Part shown: in pieces, positions 40,981-50,380 of the stretch | Position numbering within the stretch: the first letter of the stretch is position 1 | Layout: every line of letters begins with the position of its first letter | Assembly (NCBI GenBank): GCA_002314855.1 | Contig: DCHQ01000039.1 | Location: forward strand, 70,726 to 134,725 | Direction: 5' to 3' | DNA length: 64,000 nucleotides | Source of the DNA: Lachnospiraceae bacterium UBA1748 | GTDB lineage: Bacteria; Bacillota; Clostridia; Lachnospirales; Lachnospiraceae | Translations under genes and position numbers: made by a program | Notes under the pieces: model-generated | The model's input: only the letters and a program-made list of their open reading frames with translations | The model's database searches: none | What the model was told of the DNA's origin: nothing

Positions 40981-41502
40981 TTGGCTATAACAGGTGATAG
41001 TGACCAGGTTTCCCAAAAGGACATGGAAAATATATATCGTCAGTATGCTCTTCCGTTGAAAAAATATATATGCAGCCTTTGTTATGACTCCAACCTAGCT
41101 GATGATATAGTGTCCGAGACATTCTATAGAGCAATCAAGAATATCGATTCCTTTTATGGCGGAAATATTTTCACTTGGCTTTGTACAATCGCGAAGAATA
41201 TATTTTTCAATCATAACAAGAAGAAGGAATCACAAAATATGTCGCTAGATGATAGTGAATATATTGAACCTGTGAGTGCAGAGCAGACAGAGGATGTGGT
41301 CCTTCAAAATGAAGCTAACGCTGAGCTTTATGCCAGTATCAACGAACTCGAGGAGCAGGACAGACAGGTAATATACCTTAGGATATTTGCGGATATGTCT
41401 TTTAAAGATATTGGAGCAAAGCTTGGGAAAAGTGAGAACTGGGCAAGAGTTACATTCTTTAGATGTAAAGATAAACTGAGAAGGAGAATGAAAGATGAGT
41501 GA
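40981..41502 (+). CDS. ECF RNA polymerase sigma factor
   Basis: ADDIVSETF and FTWLCTIAKN (region 2), SFKDIG..LGKSENWARVTFFR (region 4). TTG start behind GAGGTG. Confidence 0.92.
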   Translation: MAITGDSDQVSQKDMENIYRQYALPLKKYICSLCYDSNLADDIVSETFYRAIKNIDSFYGGNIFTWLCTIAKNIFFNHNKKKESQNMSLDDSEYIEPVSAEQTEDVVLQNEANAELYASINELEEQDRQVIYLRIFADMSFKDIGAKLGKSENWARVTFFRCKDKLRRRMKDE

Positions 41503-42220
41503 TAAAATGAGTTGTAATGTTATTAGAGATATATTGCCATCATATGTTGATGATATTTGTTCTGAGGAGAGCAGAGGGTATGTTGAGGAGCATATAAAGA
41601 CCTGCCCAGAGTGCATGGAGATGCTTAAAGCCATGAAAGAGGATATGATGACCATTGGCTCAGGGGATGATATCAGCATTGATGAGAAGAAGGTTCTAAA
41701 AGAAGTTGGCGATAAAGTTAAGCGTGATCTTAGAAAACAGAGTCTTATGTATAAAATAATATGTGCTGTTCTTGTAGCGATAATACTTGTTTTAGCATTG
41801 CCAGTCAGACCAGTACCTAGCGAGGCTATTTCCTTTAATATGACCTCAGTACAAGTTAAAGATGCAATGAGTGCAGAAGCGTATACTTTTTTGGATGCCT
41901 CGGAGGATACTATTTATTTAATGGATAATGATACTGATGTTGATAAAGCTCAGTTTCATCAGATTATAGTAAATGATAGAGCTGGTGGTAGACTTTTTGT
42001 TGAAGAGAAATGGGCTGAGAAAAATGAAACTATTACATTAGTTGAGATTAACTCAAAATATATGCTTAAGGATTACAAATATCATATCGAAGAGGTAAAT
42101 GGTGTGAATATGTTTGTTTTAGACAAAGCATCTACTAATATGCTTGCAGGAACTGGCGAGGGCTCATATGTATCGACTGTTATTGTTTCATGCCAGGTCG
42201 GTGAGGCTAGAGTGAAATAA
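41495..42220 (+). CDS. Zinc-binding membrane anti-sigma factor (zf-HC2)
   Basis: CNVIRDILPSYVD...HIKTCPEC, one TM helix, overlaps the sigma gene. Confidence 0.88.
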   Translation: MSDKMSCNVIRDILPSYVDDICSEESRGYVEEHIKTCPECMEMLKAMKEDMMTIGSGDDISIDEKKVLKEVGDKVKRDLRKQSLMYKIICAVLVAIILVLALPVRPVPSEAISFNMTSVQVKDAMSAEAYTFLDASEDTIYLMDNDTDVDKAQFHQIIVNDRAGGRLFVEEKWAEKNETITLVEINSKYMLKDYKYHIEEVNGVNMFVLDKASTNMLAGTGEGSYVSTVIVSCQVGEARVK

Positions 42221-42263
42221 ATACTATTAGTAAATAGAATCGAATTAGATAAAAATTAGGCAT

Positions 42264-42300
42264 AAGCAGGTAATATTCTGAATAGGATATTACCTGCTTT
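42264..42300. terminator. Terminator hairpin between convergent genes
   Basis: AAGCAGGTAATATTCT-gaat-AGGATATTACCTGCTT. Confidence 0.8.
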
Positions 42301-42327
42301 ATTTAGAAAATAAGTATTTAAATTATA

Positions 42328-43716
42328 TTAGTCCATATCTTGCTTTAATGACTCTTTATCATAAGTTGGAAGGCCATTAGCAGGATCAAATGAATCTTCA
42401 CTAGCTGATACACCACTAGCGTCGGCATCAACAAATCCTAAGTAGAAGGCTGCAGAGAACCAGTAATTATATCCAAGGTGCTGGTCATAGCCTTTACCTT
42501 CAACGTAAGCGCCGCTAAGTAAGACGATTTCAGGAGAGTGGCTAGATATTTCACCCACAACTACTTCACTGCCAGTATCACATGAGATGAATACAGATGT
42601 ATATGTTGCTACATCAGTAACATCTGTTCTTGCTTCCTTGGACATAAATGTCATGATCATATCATCAGTTCCATCGCCTGTAAAATCATAGAAGCCATAT
42701 GTCTCAGGGGTATTTGTTACAAAGTTATATCCATTATCGGCTAAAAATGTCTCAGGATCATTTAAGATTTCTGCATACATATCGGCTGCATTGGATGAAG
42801 CAACCTCAGGTGGATTATTTCTGAAATCATCTATGTACTGAAGACCCCATTCAATCTCACTAACGTATCCATTTAATTCATCTATAAGATCAGCAATCTC
42901 ATCATCATCTGTAACATCTGGTCTATCAGCACTGCTTGGAAGAGAAGCAGCTAATGTATCGAGTCTTTCGATGTCAGAGAGAATGATATCATCTGTAATT
43001 AAAGCAATAGTATCAGAGTAGTCAGCATAGAATGACTGATAGCTGTCTTCGAAATCTTCAATTAGCTTATATAAATCATCGAGCTGATCAGCATCAAGTG
43101 ATGCAAGTTCAATATGGTCGTCATAGATATAAACGCTGTCGCCTTCTTCAAGCATTAAGGTTTCTGTATCAGACTTGACTTCAACTACACCGTTATGAAC
43201 CTCCACGTATGTATATTCGCCAATAATATCATATCTTACAAGGAATTCAGTTCCTCGAACGCTCATTGCAGCATTAGGCGTGGTAACCTTGAAAGTGTCA
43301 TCATCAGAAAGCTTGTTGTCTATGGTAAATAGTGCTTCACCATATTTAAGCTCAACCTTTACCTTTCCACTTTCAGGTGTTCCAGAAGCTGCTATTTCAA
43401 ATATAGTATTTTCGCTGGCGAGGATGTGCTTGTCATCATCTACTAAAAGTAATATCTCAGATGCAGCTTTAGTTTCAACGTTGTCATCTGGGATAAGGTT
43501 CATATCTTCGAAGACGTCCATTGTATCATCATCTCGCATCAGTGATACATCACCTTCATAGGTTTCAACTTTTACTACTCGGTAGCTGTCTTTATCTACC
43601 AGTTTCTTGGTAAGGACTATAACAGCGACTATTAAGGCAATCACTAAAACGAGTGCGATAGCAATAATAGCAAATATCTTTTTTGAATTAGGTTTGTTAT
43701 TGTTTTCATTATTCAT
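42328..43716 (-). CDS. Membrane-anchored FecR-domain protein with acidic extracellular C-terminus
   Basis: N-terminal TM, FKVTTPNAAMSVRGTEF...VEVHNGVVEV FecR signature. Confidence 0.8.
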   Translation of the reverse strand: MNNENNNKPNSKKIFAIIAIALVLVIALIVAVIVLTKKLVDKDSYRVVKVETYEGDVSLMRDDDTMDVFEDMNLIPDDNVETKAASEILLLVDDDKHILASENTIFEIAASGTPESGKVKVELKYGEALFTIDNKLSDDDTFKVTTPNAAMSVRGTEFLVRYDIIGEYTYVEVHNGVVEVKSDTETLMLEEGDSVYIYDDHIELASLDADQLDDLYKLIEDFEDSYQSFYADYSDTIALITDDIILSDIERLDTLAASLPSSADRPDVTDDDEIADLIDELNGYVSEIEWGLQYIDDFRNNPPEVASSNAADMYAEILNDPETFLADNGYNFVTNTPETYGFYDFTGDGTDDMIMTFMSKEARTDVTDVATYTSVFISCDTGSEVVVGEISSHSPEIVLLSGAYVEGKGYDQHLGYNYWFSAAFYLGFVDADASGVSASEDSFDPANGLPTYDKESLKQDMD

Positions 43717-43898
43717 TTTTCTGTTTCCCTATTCTTTCTTTTTTATAACGATACTTATTATAGTACGCGGTGTTTGATTTTACAATTTAGTAGGTAATAG
43801 CTGCCTGATACCAGGTTTGGCACCGAAGACTATCCATAAAAATCACATTGATATTCGTATAATTAATATAGAAGTTTTTGAAAGATATAGGTGTGATA

Positions 43899-44381
43899 AT
43901 GAAAAAGAAAAATATAATTATATTGTGTGTGCTATTTTTTACAGTTCTTTTGGGCGTATTAATCTTCAATATTGTGGGGCATACCAGCCTCAAAATATCT
44001 TATTTCAATAAAGAACATCCTGGGACCAATATTTCGAATGTAAGATGTACATATGAAATGGGGCGTAGTGTGAAGCTTCCGAAAGGAAGGTATAGCACAA
44101 AGGATGATAAATGGGGAATGTATAGTGTTAATCATTCATCGGCAGCATATGGATTATATACATATACCTTTGATATGGAGATTAATGGTAAAATAGTCTC
44201 ACCACAGGTCGATATTATGAAAACAAACTGGCAGGATCACTGTGATATTGATATCGAGATTGTGGTTGGCGCACCAGAAGAAGATTCATTATATGTTACA
44301 CTGTATGTTGATGGTATGGAAATACATGAAGAGTTCCATGATATTGAAAATAATGATATACACATTCAAGGTGGAATATAA
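43899..44381 (+). CDS. Hypothetical exported/membrane-anchored protein
   Basis: MKKK plus hydrophobic N-terminus, AGGTG RBS. Confidence 0.7.
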   Translation: MKKKNIIILCVLFFTVLLGVLIFNIVGHTSLKISYFNKEHPGTNISNVRCTYEMGRSVKLPKGRYSTKDDKWGMYSVNHSSAAYGLYTYTFDMEINGKIVSPQVDIMKTNWQDHCDIDIEIVVGAPEEDSLYVTLYVDGMEIHEEFHDIENNDIHIQGGI

Positions 44382-44410
44382 GATATAAATAAGATATGAA
44401 TAAGATTTGA
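44378..44410 (+). repeat. 3 x 11-bp tandem repeat
   Basis: ATAAGATATAA / ATAAGATATGA / ATAAGATTTGA. Confidence 0.7.
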
Positions 44411-44421
44411 GAGGGCAAACT

Positions 44422-44538
44422 ATGAAGAAGAGAAAAAGTACTCTAGAGCGCGTTGTCGCTGCACTTGGATCACTTGCTGTTTTGATTCTTGGATTTTATG
44501 TACTACCTAGCTGGTATGATAAGCATAGAAAAGATTAA
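44422..44538 (+). CDS. Small 38-aa single-TM protein (absent from ORF track)
   Basis: GAGAGGG RBS, then MKKRKSTLERVVAALGSLAVLILGFYVLPSWYDKHRKD*. Confidence 0.6.
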   Translation: MKKRKSTLERVVAALGSLAVLILGFYVLPSWYDKHRKD

Positions 44539-44630
44539 AATAATAAAAGACTGATGAAACTTGCATATTACATATATATATTGATAATATTACTTTGTTA
44601 TAAAAATAATATATATAGGGGAAATGTAGG

Positions 44631-46838
44631 ATGAAAAAGATTTTGAAGAGAAGTCTATTACTTATGCTTGTTATGATGCTCGTGATGTGTATGACTAGCT
44701 GTGGTAATGACGAGATTAAGAGTGCTGGTGAAGAGATAGTAAATAATACTCTTGCGGCCAAGGACAAGAAGATTGTTAAGGTCTTCAATGAAGAAGATGA
44801 TGACTACGATATCAATGTTGAACTGGTTCAGAGTCTATTCGAAAGCTTTAGCGATGTGGTTAAAGTAAGCAAGTTAAAGCCTGAGATAACCAAAGCCAAG
44901 GTTGATGCTAGTAAAGACGTGGCATCAATTGATTATACTATTGATATTAATGATGAAGAGTATAGCTATGAGCTTGCACTTACCAAGGATGGTGACAACT
45001 GGATTATTAGTGATAACTATGATTATATGATTAACACCATTGAATTATACATAGAAATCATTCTTGAAGAGGGTGATGATTCTGAAGCCGAAGACATCGA
45101 AGATATGATGGATGAAATGGATTTTGATGATTACTTTGAGCTTGCTGAGTACATGTATGATGATATGTATGAGTTTACTAAGAATCATGCAGATTATGAT
45201 GATGTTAGTTATGATGATGTCGTTGATCCTGATATTTATGCAGATGACCCTGATATTTATGTGGTTGAGCCTACGATTATCGATATGACTATGTTTATTG
45301 ATTTTCCAGGTAATGAACTGGATTATGATAACGAAGTTCAGGAAATCATTGCAAATCTTACAGGCGTTAAGGTAAAGGAAACGTATCTTGTAGGACAGAC
45401 TTCAGCGGAAGCCATAAACTCTATTATAGCTGCAGGTGCCTATCCAGATTTCATTTATTCTACGGATGAGATGCTTACATTATACGATGCAGGTGCATTA
45501 GTAGCATGGGATGATTATTTAGATATTTATCCAAATATCAAGGAACTATATACTGCAGAAGAGTGGGATAAGATAAGAGCCGATGACGGTCATATTTACT
45601 GGGCTCCTGTTTTTAATAATACATATGGCCTAAGTAAAGAAACTTCTCATAATGAGAGCGCATTCTGGATTCAGGCCAGAGTACTTGAGTGGGCTGGATA
45701 TCCTAATATCGAAACAGTTGATGAATATTTCCAGTTACTTAGTGACTATGTGGAAGAGAATCCAACAATGCCAGATGGTGAAGATATTATTCCATTTACA
45801 ACACTTTGTGATGACTGGCGTAATTTTTGTTTGACAACTCCACCTATGTTTCTTGCTGGATACCCTGATAATGGTGAGGTTGCAGTAGATACTAGTGCAA
45901 AGGAACCTACAGTTTTCGATTATAGTGTGACAGAAACTGCCGAGGAATATTATCGTCAGCTTAATCAGGCGTACAAGGATGGTATTCTTGATCCTGATTT
46001 TAGTACTCAAACATATGATGAATATATAACTAAGCTATCTACAGGTCGTGTACTTGGTATGTTTGATCAGTACTGGGATTTTTATTATTCTGTTGATTAT
46101 AGTTTTACTAGCAAAGATTTATATGATCTTGGATGTGGTTATATTCCACTCGGACTAACAATAGACCAGGGGATGACTAATTACTATCATAATTATACTG
46201 ATACATTGAATTATTATGGTGGATTAGGTGTTACAACTAGTTGCGTGAATCCAGATATTGCTTTCAGCTTTATAAATGATTTACTTGCTCAGGATGTTCA
46301 TGATCTTCGTTTCTGGGGAGTTTGCGATGTTGATTATCTTGTTGATTCTGATGGAATGTATTATAGAACTGAGGATATGAGAGACAATGCCAATGATTCT
46401 TCGTATATAGAAAGTCATCTATGTAGCTATATGTATTTCCCTCAGTGGAGAGGTACATCTCGAGATGGTAATAATGCAATGCAGCCTTCAGAGCAGGCCT
46501 CAGAGTTCCTCTCAACTTTACCAGAGTCTACAGCTAGATGTCTTGAGGCATATGGTGCTGGTGGTTATTGCGATATGATTGGATCAGTTATTGAAGACAG
46601 AGAAAGCTGGGCTCCACTGTATACATATATCAATGCTATGTCTAGTGCAACTCCTGGCGGTCAGGCATTATATGATATTAAAGATCTTAAATCCACAGAA
46701 CTTCCAAAGGTTGTAATGGCAAAGGATTTTGATAAGTCATGGAATGCATATATTACTGCATATAATAAGTGCAATCCTGATGCATTTATCGAAGAGGTTC
46801 AGGAAGAACTGGATAGAAGAATTGAAGAGGAAAACTAA
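44631..46838 (+). CDS. Lipoprotein with extra N-terminal domain fused to family-1 (LplA-like) carbohydrate-binding protein
   Basis: Lipobox MTSC, ~200-aa acidic N-terminal region, then TGVKV...IIAAGAYPD, DGHIY and GRVLGMFDQ.WDF segments typical of clostridial sugar-binding proteins. Confidence 0.8.
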   Translation: MKKILKRSLLLMLVMMLVMCMTSCGNDEIKSAGEEIVNNTLAAKDKKIVKVFNEEDDDYDINVELVQSLFESFSDVVKVSKLKPEITKAKVDASKDVASIDYTIDINDEEYSYELALTKDGDNWIISDNYDYMINTIELYIEIILEEGDDSEAEDIEDMMDEMDFDDYFELAEYMYDDMYEFTKNHADYDDVSYDDVVDPDIYADDPDIYVVEPTIIDMTMFIDFPGNELDYDNEVQEIIANLTGVKVKETYLVGQTSAEAINSIIAAGAYPDFIYSTDEMLTLYDAGALVAWDDYLDIYPNIKELYTAEEWDKIRADDGHIYWAPVFNNTYGLSKETSHNESAFWIQARVLEWAGYPNIETVDEYFQLLSDYVEENPTMPDGEDIIPFTTLCDDWRNFCLTTPPMFLAGYPDNGEVAVDTSAKEPTVFDYSVTETAEEYYRQLNQAYKDGILDPDFSTQTYDEYITKLSTGRVLGMFDQYWDFYYSVDYSFTSKDLYDLGCGYIPLGLTIDQGMTNYYHNYTDTLNYYGGLGVTTSCVNPDIAFSFINDLLAQDVHDLRFWGVCDVDYLVDSDGMYYRTEDMRDNANDSSYIESHLCSYMYFPQWRGTSRDGNNAMQPSEQASEFLSTLPESTARCLEAYGAGGYCDMIGSVIEDRESWAPLYTYINAMSSATPGGQALYDIKDLKSTELPKVVMAKDFDKSWNAYITAYNKCNPDAFIEEVQEELDRRIEEEN

Positions 46839-46865
46839 CTACTTCAAAATCTAGGAGAAATGTTA

Positions 46866-47450
46866 ATGAGTGAAGTGTTTAAAAAAGAGAAAATGTATCT
46901 TGAAACATGGTTTTGGTGTTTCATGATATTCAATGTTGCTGGTTGGATATATGAAGTTTTTGTATTTGCTTTCGAGTATCACCAGGGCTTTATCAACAGA
47001 GGCTTTTTATTTGGACCATACTTACCTGTATATGGAAGCGGCGAGCTGTTAGTGCTATTAATGCTTCTAGGGCTTAGATCCAAGAAGGTTAAGCTTGGTA
47101 AGATTAACCTCATGCCAGTTGTTATGTTTTTCATCATAGTGTTTATCACTACTGTTACAGAACTTATTACCAGTTATATACTTGAGATATTTACTCATGG
47201 TAATGGCTTCTTATGGGATTACTCAACTCTAAATTATGGCCCTCATTTCGAAGGACGTATTTCGGTTGTATCGAGTCTTAGATTTGGTATTATGGGTATT
47301 GTTGGCTTGTATCTTATTCAGCCTATCACCGCTAAAGTAGTTGATAAGCTTAGAACATGGAAAGTACCATTTTATGGTGTGACAATTGCAGTGGCTGCTG
47401 TGTTTGCGGTAGATGTAATAATTCATGTTGGCGCCAGCTTACTGAAGTAA
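46866..47450 (+). CDS. Putative ABC transporter permease, CmpB/TMEM229-like
   Basis: GWIYE, NRGFLFGPYLPVYG, LWDYS and GRIS..SSL.FG motifs. Confidence 0.8.
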   Translation: MSEVFKKEKMYLETWFWCFMIFNVAGWIYEVFVFAFEYHQGFINRGFLFGPYLPVYGSGELLVLLMLLGLRSKKVKLGKINLMPVVMFFIIVFITTVTELITSYILEIFTHGNGFLWDYSTLNYGPHFEGRISVVSSLRFGIMGIVGLYLIQPITAKVVDKLRTWKVPFYGVTIAVAAVFAVDVIIHVGASLLK

Positions 47451-47496
47451 TAACTCATTTAACTATTAACTAATATAAAAGATATTATTAATTACT

Positions 47497-47529
47497 AAGG
47501 TCTATTTCCGTTTGGAGATAGACCTTTTT
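47497..47529 (+). terminator. Rho-independent terminator
   Basis: AAGGTCTATTTCC-gttt-GGAGATAGACCTT plus T tract. Confidence 0.85.
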
Positions 47530-47555
47530 ATTTAAAAAAAATATGTAAAAAACTA

Positions 47556-47605
47556 TTGACTTTAATGTTAGTTGGTTGTATGGTTAGTTACATAAGTAAT
47601 GAACC
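47556..47605 (+). promoter_or_regulatory. Promoter and probable GntR/YtrA operator
   Basis: TTGACT (47556) - 17 nt - TATGGT (47579). Imperfect palindrome GGTTAGTTAC-ataa-GTAATGAACC at 47582-47605. Confidence 0.6.
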
Positions 47606-47654
47606 TATGAACCGGTAATATGTTTTTGATAAATAACACGAAAAAGGAGGGCTT

Positions 47655-48020
47655 ATGAACGAGATATTAACCAGTGAAAAATCTATTTATCTGCAAATAA
47701 GTGAGATGATAGAAAACGATATTCTTAGGGATATATTGCTAGAAGAAGAAAAAGCACCTAGTACCAATGATTTTGCCAAGCTGTATTCCATCAATCCAGC
47801 AACAGCAGCCAAGGGAATCAATATTTTAGTTGATAGTGGGGTACTATACAAAAAGCGTGGTATAGGAATGTTTGTGTCAAAGGGGGCCAAGGCAATGATT
47901 AAAGATAAAAGAAAGTCAGAATTCATGGACAATTATGTAACAAAGCTTGTAGATGAAGCAAAAAATCTTGGTATATCTAAGCAGGAACTTATTGAGATGA
48001 TTAATAAGAAAGCTGATTAA
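47655..48020 (+). CDS. GntR-family regulator, YtrA subfamily
   Basis: IYLQI, PST, INPATAAKG and KKRGIGMFV motifs. Short C-domain. Precedes ABC genes. Confidence 0.92.
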   Translation: MNEILTSEKSIYLQISEMIENDILRDILLEEEKAPSTNDFAKLYSINPATAAKGINILVDSGVLYKKRGIGMFVSKGAKAMIKDKRKSEFMDNYVTKLVDEAKNLGISKQELIEMINKKAD

Positions 48021-48035
48021 GGGATGGTGAATGAT

Positions 48036-48902
48036 ATGAGTAAAATAACATGTACTAATATACGTAAATCATATAAGGGTAAGAATGTTCTTCATGGAAT
48101 TAATCTTGAACTTGAGTCTGGTAAGATATATGGCCTTATAGGAAGAAATGGCGCTGGTAAGACCACACTTCTTTCAATTATCTCAGCCCAGAATCCTGCA
48201 AGTGGAGGAGAGGTAAGACTTGATGGCGATAAGATATGGGAGAACAAAAAAGTATTAGAGAGGATATGCTTTTCAAGAGAATTACCTTCAGGTGTTAATA
48301 GCCTGACTTCTAGTTATAAAATAAAAGAATATTTTAAGATTGCAGGAATCTTTTATAAGAACTGGGATCAAACCTATGCTGATAAGCTCGCAGTAGATTT
48401 TGAACTGGATGTTAATACCAGACTATCCAAGCTTTCAAAGGGTATGCTATCAGCTGTTACAATAATAGTAGCACTTGCAAGCAAGTGTGACTATACATTC
48501 CTCGATGAGCCAGTAGCTGGGCTAGATGTTATTATGCGAGATAAGTTTTATAAGCTACTGCTCGAGGAATATATGGAAACAGGAAGAACATTCGTAATAT
48601 CAACACATATTATTGATGAGGCTTCTTCAGTATTTGAGGATGTAATAATCATTAAAGACGGACAACTTCTTCTTCAGGAGAATACCGAGGAGTTAGTTTC
48701 AAGATGTGTCCACGTAAGTGGTAAGGAAAGTGATGTTGATGAAGCCGTAGCTGGTCTTGATACATATCATACAGAGATGGTAGGAAGATCCAAGGGTGTT
48801 ACTGTTATGTTAAAAGAAGGTCAAAGTGTAAAGTCTTCGGAGAATATTAGCGTACAGAGTGTGAGCCTTCAAAATCTGTTCATAGCTCTTTGCGGGGACT
48901 AG
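48036..48902 (+). CDS. ABC-2-type exporter ATPase (YtrB-like)
   Basis: GRNGAGKT, LSKGM, FLDEPVAGLD and STH motifs. Start could also be 48024. Confidence 0.9.
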   Translation: MSKITCTNIRKSYKGKNVLHGINLELESGKIYGLIGRNGAGKTTLLSIISAQNPASGGEVRLDGDKIWENKKVLERICFSRELPSGVNSLTSSYKIKEYFKIAGIFYKNWDQTYADKLAVDFELDVNTRLSKLSKGMLSAVTIIVALASKCDYTFLDEPVAGLDVIMRDKFYKLLLEEYMETGRTFVISTHIIDEASSVFEDVIIIKDGQLLLQENTEELVSRCVHVSGKESDVDEAVAGLDTYHTEMVGRSKGVTVMLKEGQSVKSSENISVQSVSLQNLFIALCGD

Positions 48903-48911
48903 GAGGTGCCT

Positions 48912-49577
48912 ATGAAGAATACATTACATTACTGTATGCGAGAACAGCTTAAGGGTATGGCAATCGTTGTAGCGTCAGTTTTCTTCTTCGTCTTATTCAT
49001 ACTATTTATTTCGGCTTCAGAGGGCGATAGTGTGTTTGTATCACTTATTCCTGGCCTGCTTTGGCAAATATTCCCAGTATTTGCGTTTGTGTACTTTTTT
49101 TCGATGCAGTTTTCTTTTGCGCGTAAGGAAAGTCTAGTTATGCTGGCGATGGGTGAAACAAGAAGGCATATTGCTATAGGAAGGCAGTTCGCGTCGGCTG
49201 CCTGTGTGATAGAAGGTGCGGCCATCTTCTTAATTGGTAAAGCTTTAGATACCAATTATGCAAGTAATATTGATGGCTACGTTCAGTTTACTTTTATGAG
49301 TTGTATCAGTCTTATGATTGCTGGGCTTGGCCTTGGAATGATTATGAGCTTTATTGAAAGAAAGTATGGAATTATTGGATTTAGTATCTCTATGGCAATA
49401 ACCATATTTATAATAGCGATTCTATGTTTTTATGGCAGGTTTGTAATTGGTGATTTGCTGGAGTCATACAGGTTTAGTGCCTTTGTAGGAGGAATATTCC
49501 TTTTGGCAATTGTTTTATATGTATCAGGAAGTTTGCTTTCGAAGCTCGATATTGAGCGCATGGAACTAAGAGTATAA
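48912..49577 (+). CDS. Putative ABC exporter permease (6 TM)
   Basis: Hydrophobic, LAMGETRR loop, AGGAGG RBS, operon context. Confidence 0.75.
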   Translation: MKNTLHYCMREQLKGMAIVVASVFFFVLFILFISASEGDSVFVSLIPGLLWQIFPVFAFVYFFSMQFSFARKESLVMLAMGETRRHIAIGRQFASAACVIEGAAIFLIGKALDTNYASNIDGYVQFTFMSCISLMIAGLGLGMIMSFIERKYGIIGFSISMAITIFIIAILCFYGRFVIGDLLESYRFSAFVGGIFLLAIVLYVSGSLLSKLDIERMELRV

Positions 49578-49588
49578 GGAGGTTTGTC

Positions 49589-50293
49589 ATGAAAAATAAA
49601 ATATTATTCGATTTTAAAGAAGATATGATTATGATAGGCATCATCTTTGTTTTCAGTATTATTTGCGGCATAATTATGGACGTGGTTGCAGCCAAAGGCG
49701 GTTCATCAACAGATTATTTTGTTTCTACGCTCATAGTGATAGGCGGTTTTTGTGCATTATCATTTATTGGTGTGTATTTTAAACGAAAATTCAATATTCA
49801 TATCTCAATGAGTGGAAAGAGAAGTGAATTAATAATATCAGAGTTGATTGTTTTTACTATAGAGTGCCTGATTTTATATCTGCTTTCATTTTTAGCTTTG
49901 CTTATAGAGGATAGGATACTGTTATGGCTTGGAGTAGGTACAGGTTTGGATGGATATACTGCTGTTGATTCTATTTTTGATAGTGGCGCGGTTATATTGT
50001 ATTTCTTTGGTGCATTATTAGTTCGTTTTTACCTCGGATGGGCATCATTAAAATTTAATGATATCGGGTGCGTTGTGGCAATACTTGCGCCAATGTATTG
50101 TGTTTTATTCTTTTCTTGGTTAGCAGAACGTAATGCTACCATAGAAAGATTTCTTTGGAAATTAGAGGATTTTGATAATAAGCTTTATCAGATATGGTCA
50201 TTACTACCTTGTATCATATGGGCAGCAGTGATGGCAGTCATAATATTTATAATTGTGCGAAGTATAAAAAGACAGACGGTAAGGTTTAACTAA
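49589..50293 (+). CDS. Putative ABC exporter permease (6 TM)
   Basis: Hydrophobic, ISMSGKR loop parallel to the previous gene, AAGGAGG RBS. Confidence 0.75.
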   Translation: MKNKILFDFKEDMIMIGIIFVFSIICGIIMDVVAAKGGSSTDYFVSTLIVIGGFCALSFIGVYFKRKFNIHISMSGKRSELIISELIVFTIECLILYLLSFLALLIEDRILLWLGVGTGLDGYTAVDSIFDSGAVILYFFGALLVRFYLGWASLKFNDIGCVVAILAPMYCVLFFSWLAERNATIERFLWKLEDFDNKLYQIWSLLPCIIWAAVMAVIIFIIVRSIKRQTVRFN

Positions 50294-50307
50294 ACTAGGT
50301 TTTTTTC

Positions 50308-50343
50308 GAGAGATGGTTCTTTTTACTAGAATCATCTCTTTTT
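50308..50343 (+). terminator. Rho-independent terminator
   Basis: GAGAGATGGTTCT-loop-AGAATCATCTCTT plus T tract. Confidence 0.75.
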
Positions 50344-50380
50344 ATTTGGTTTATTTTACTAAATGTGTTAACATATTTGC

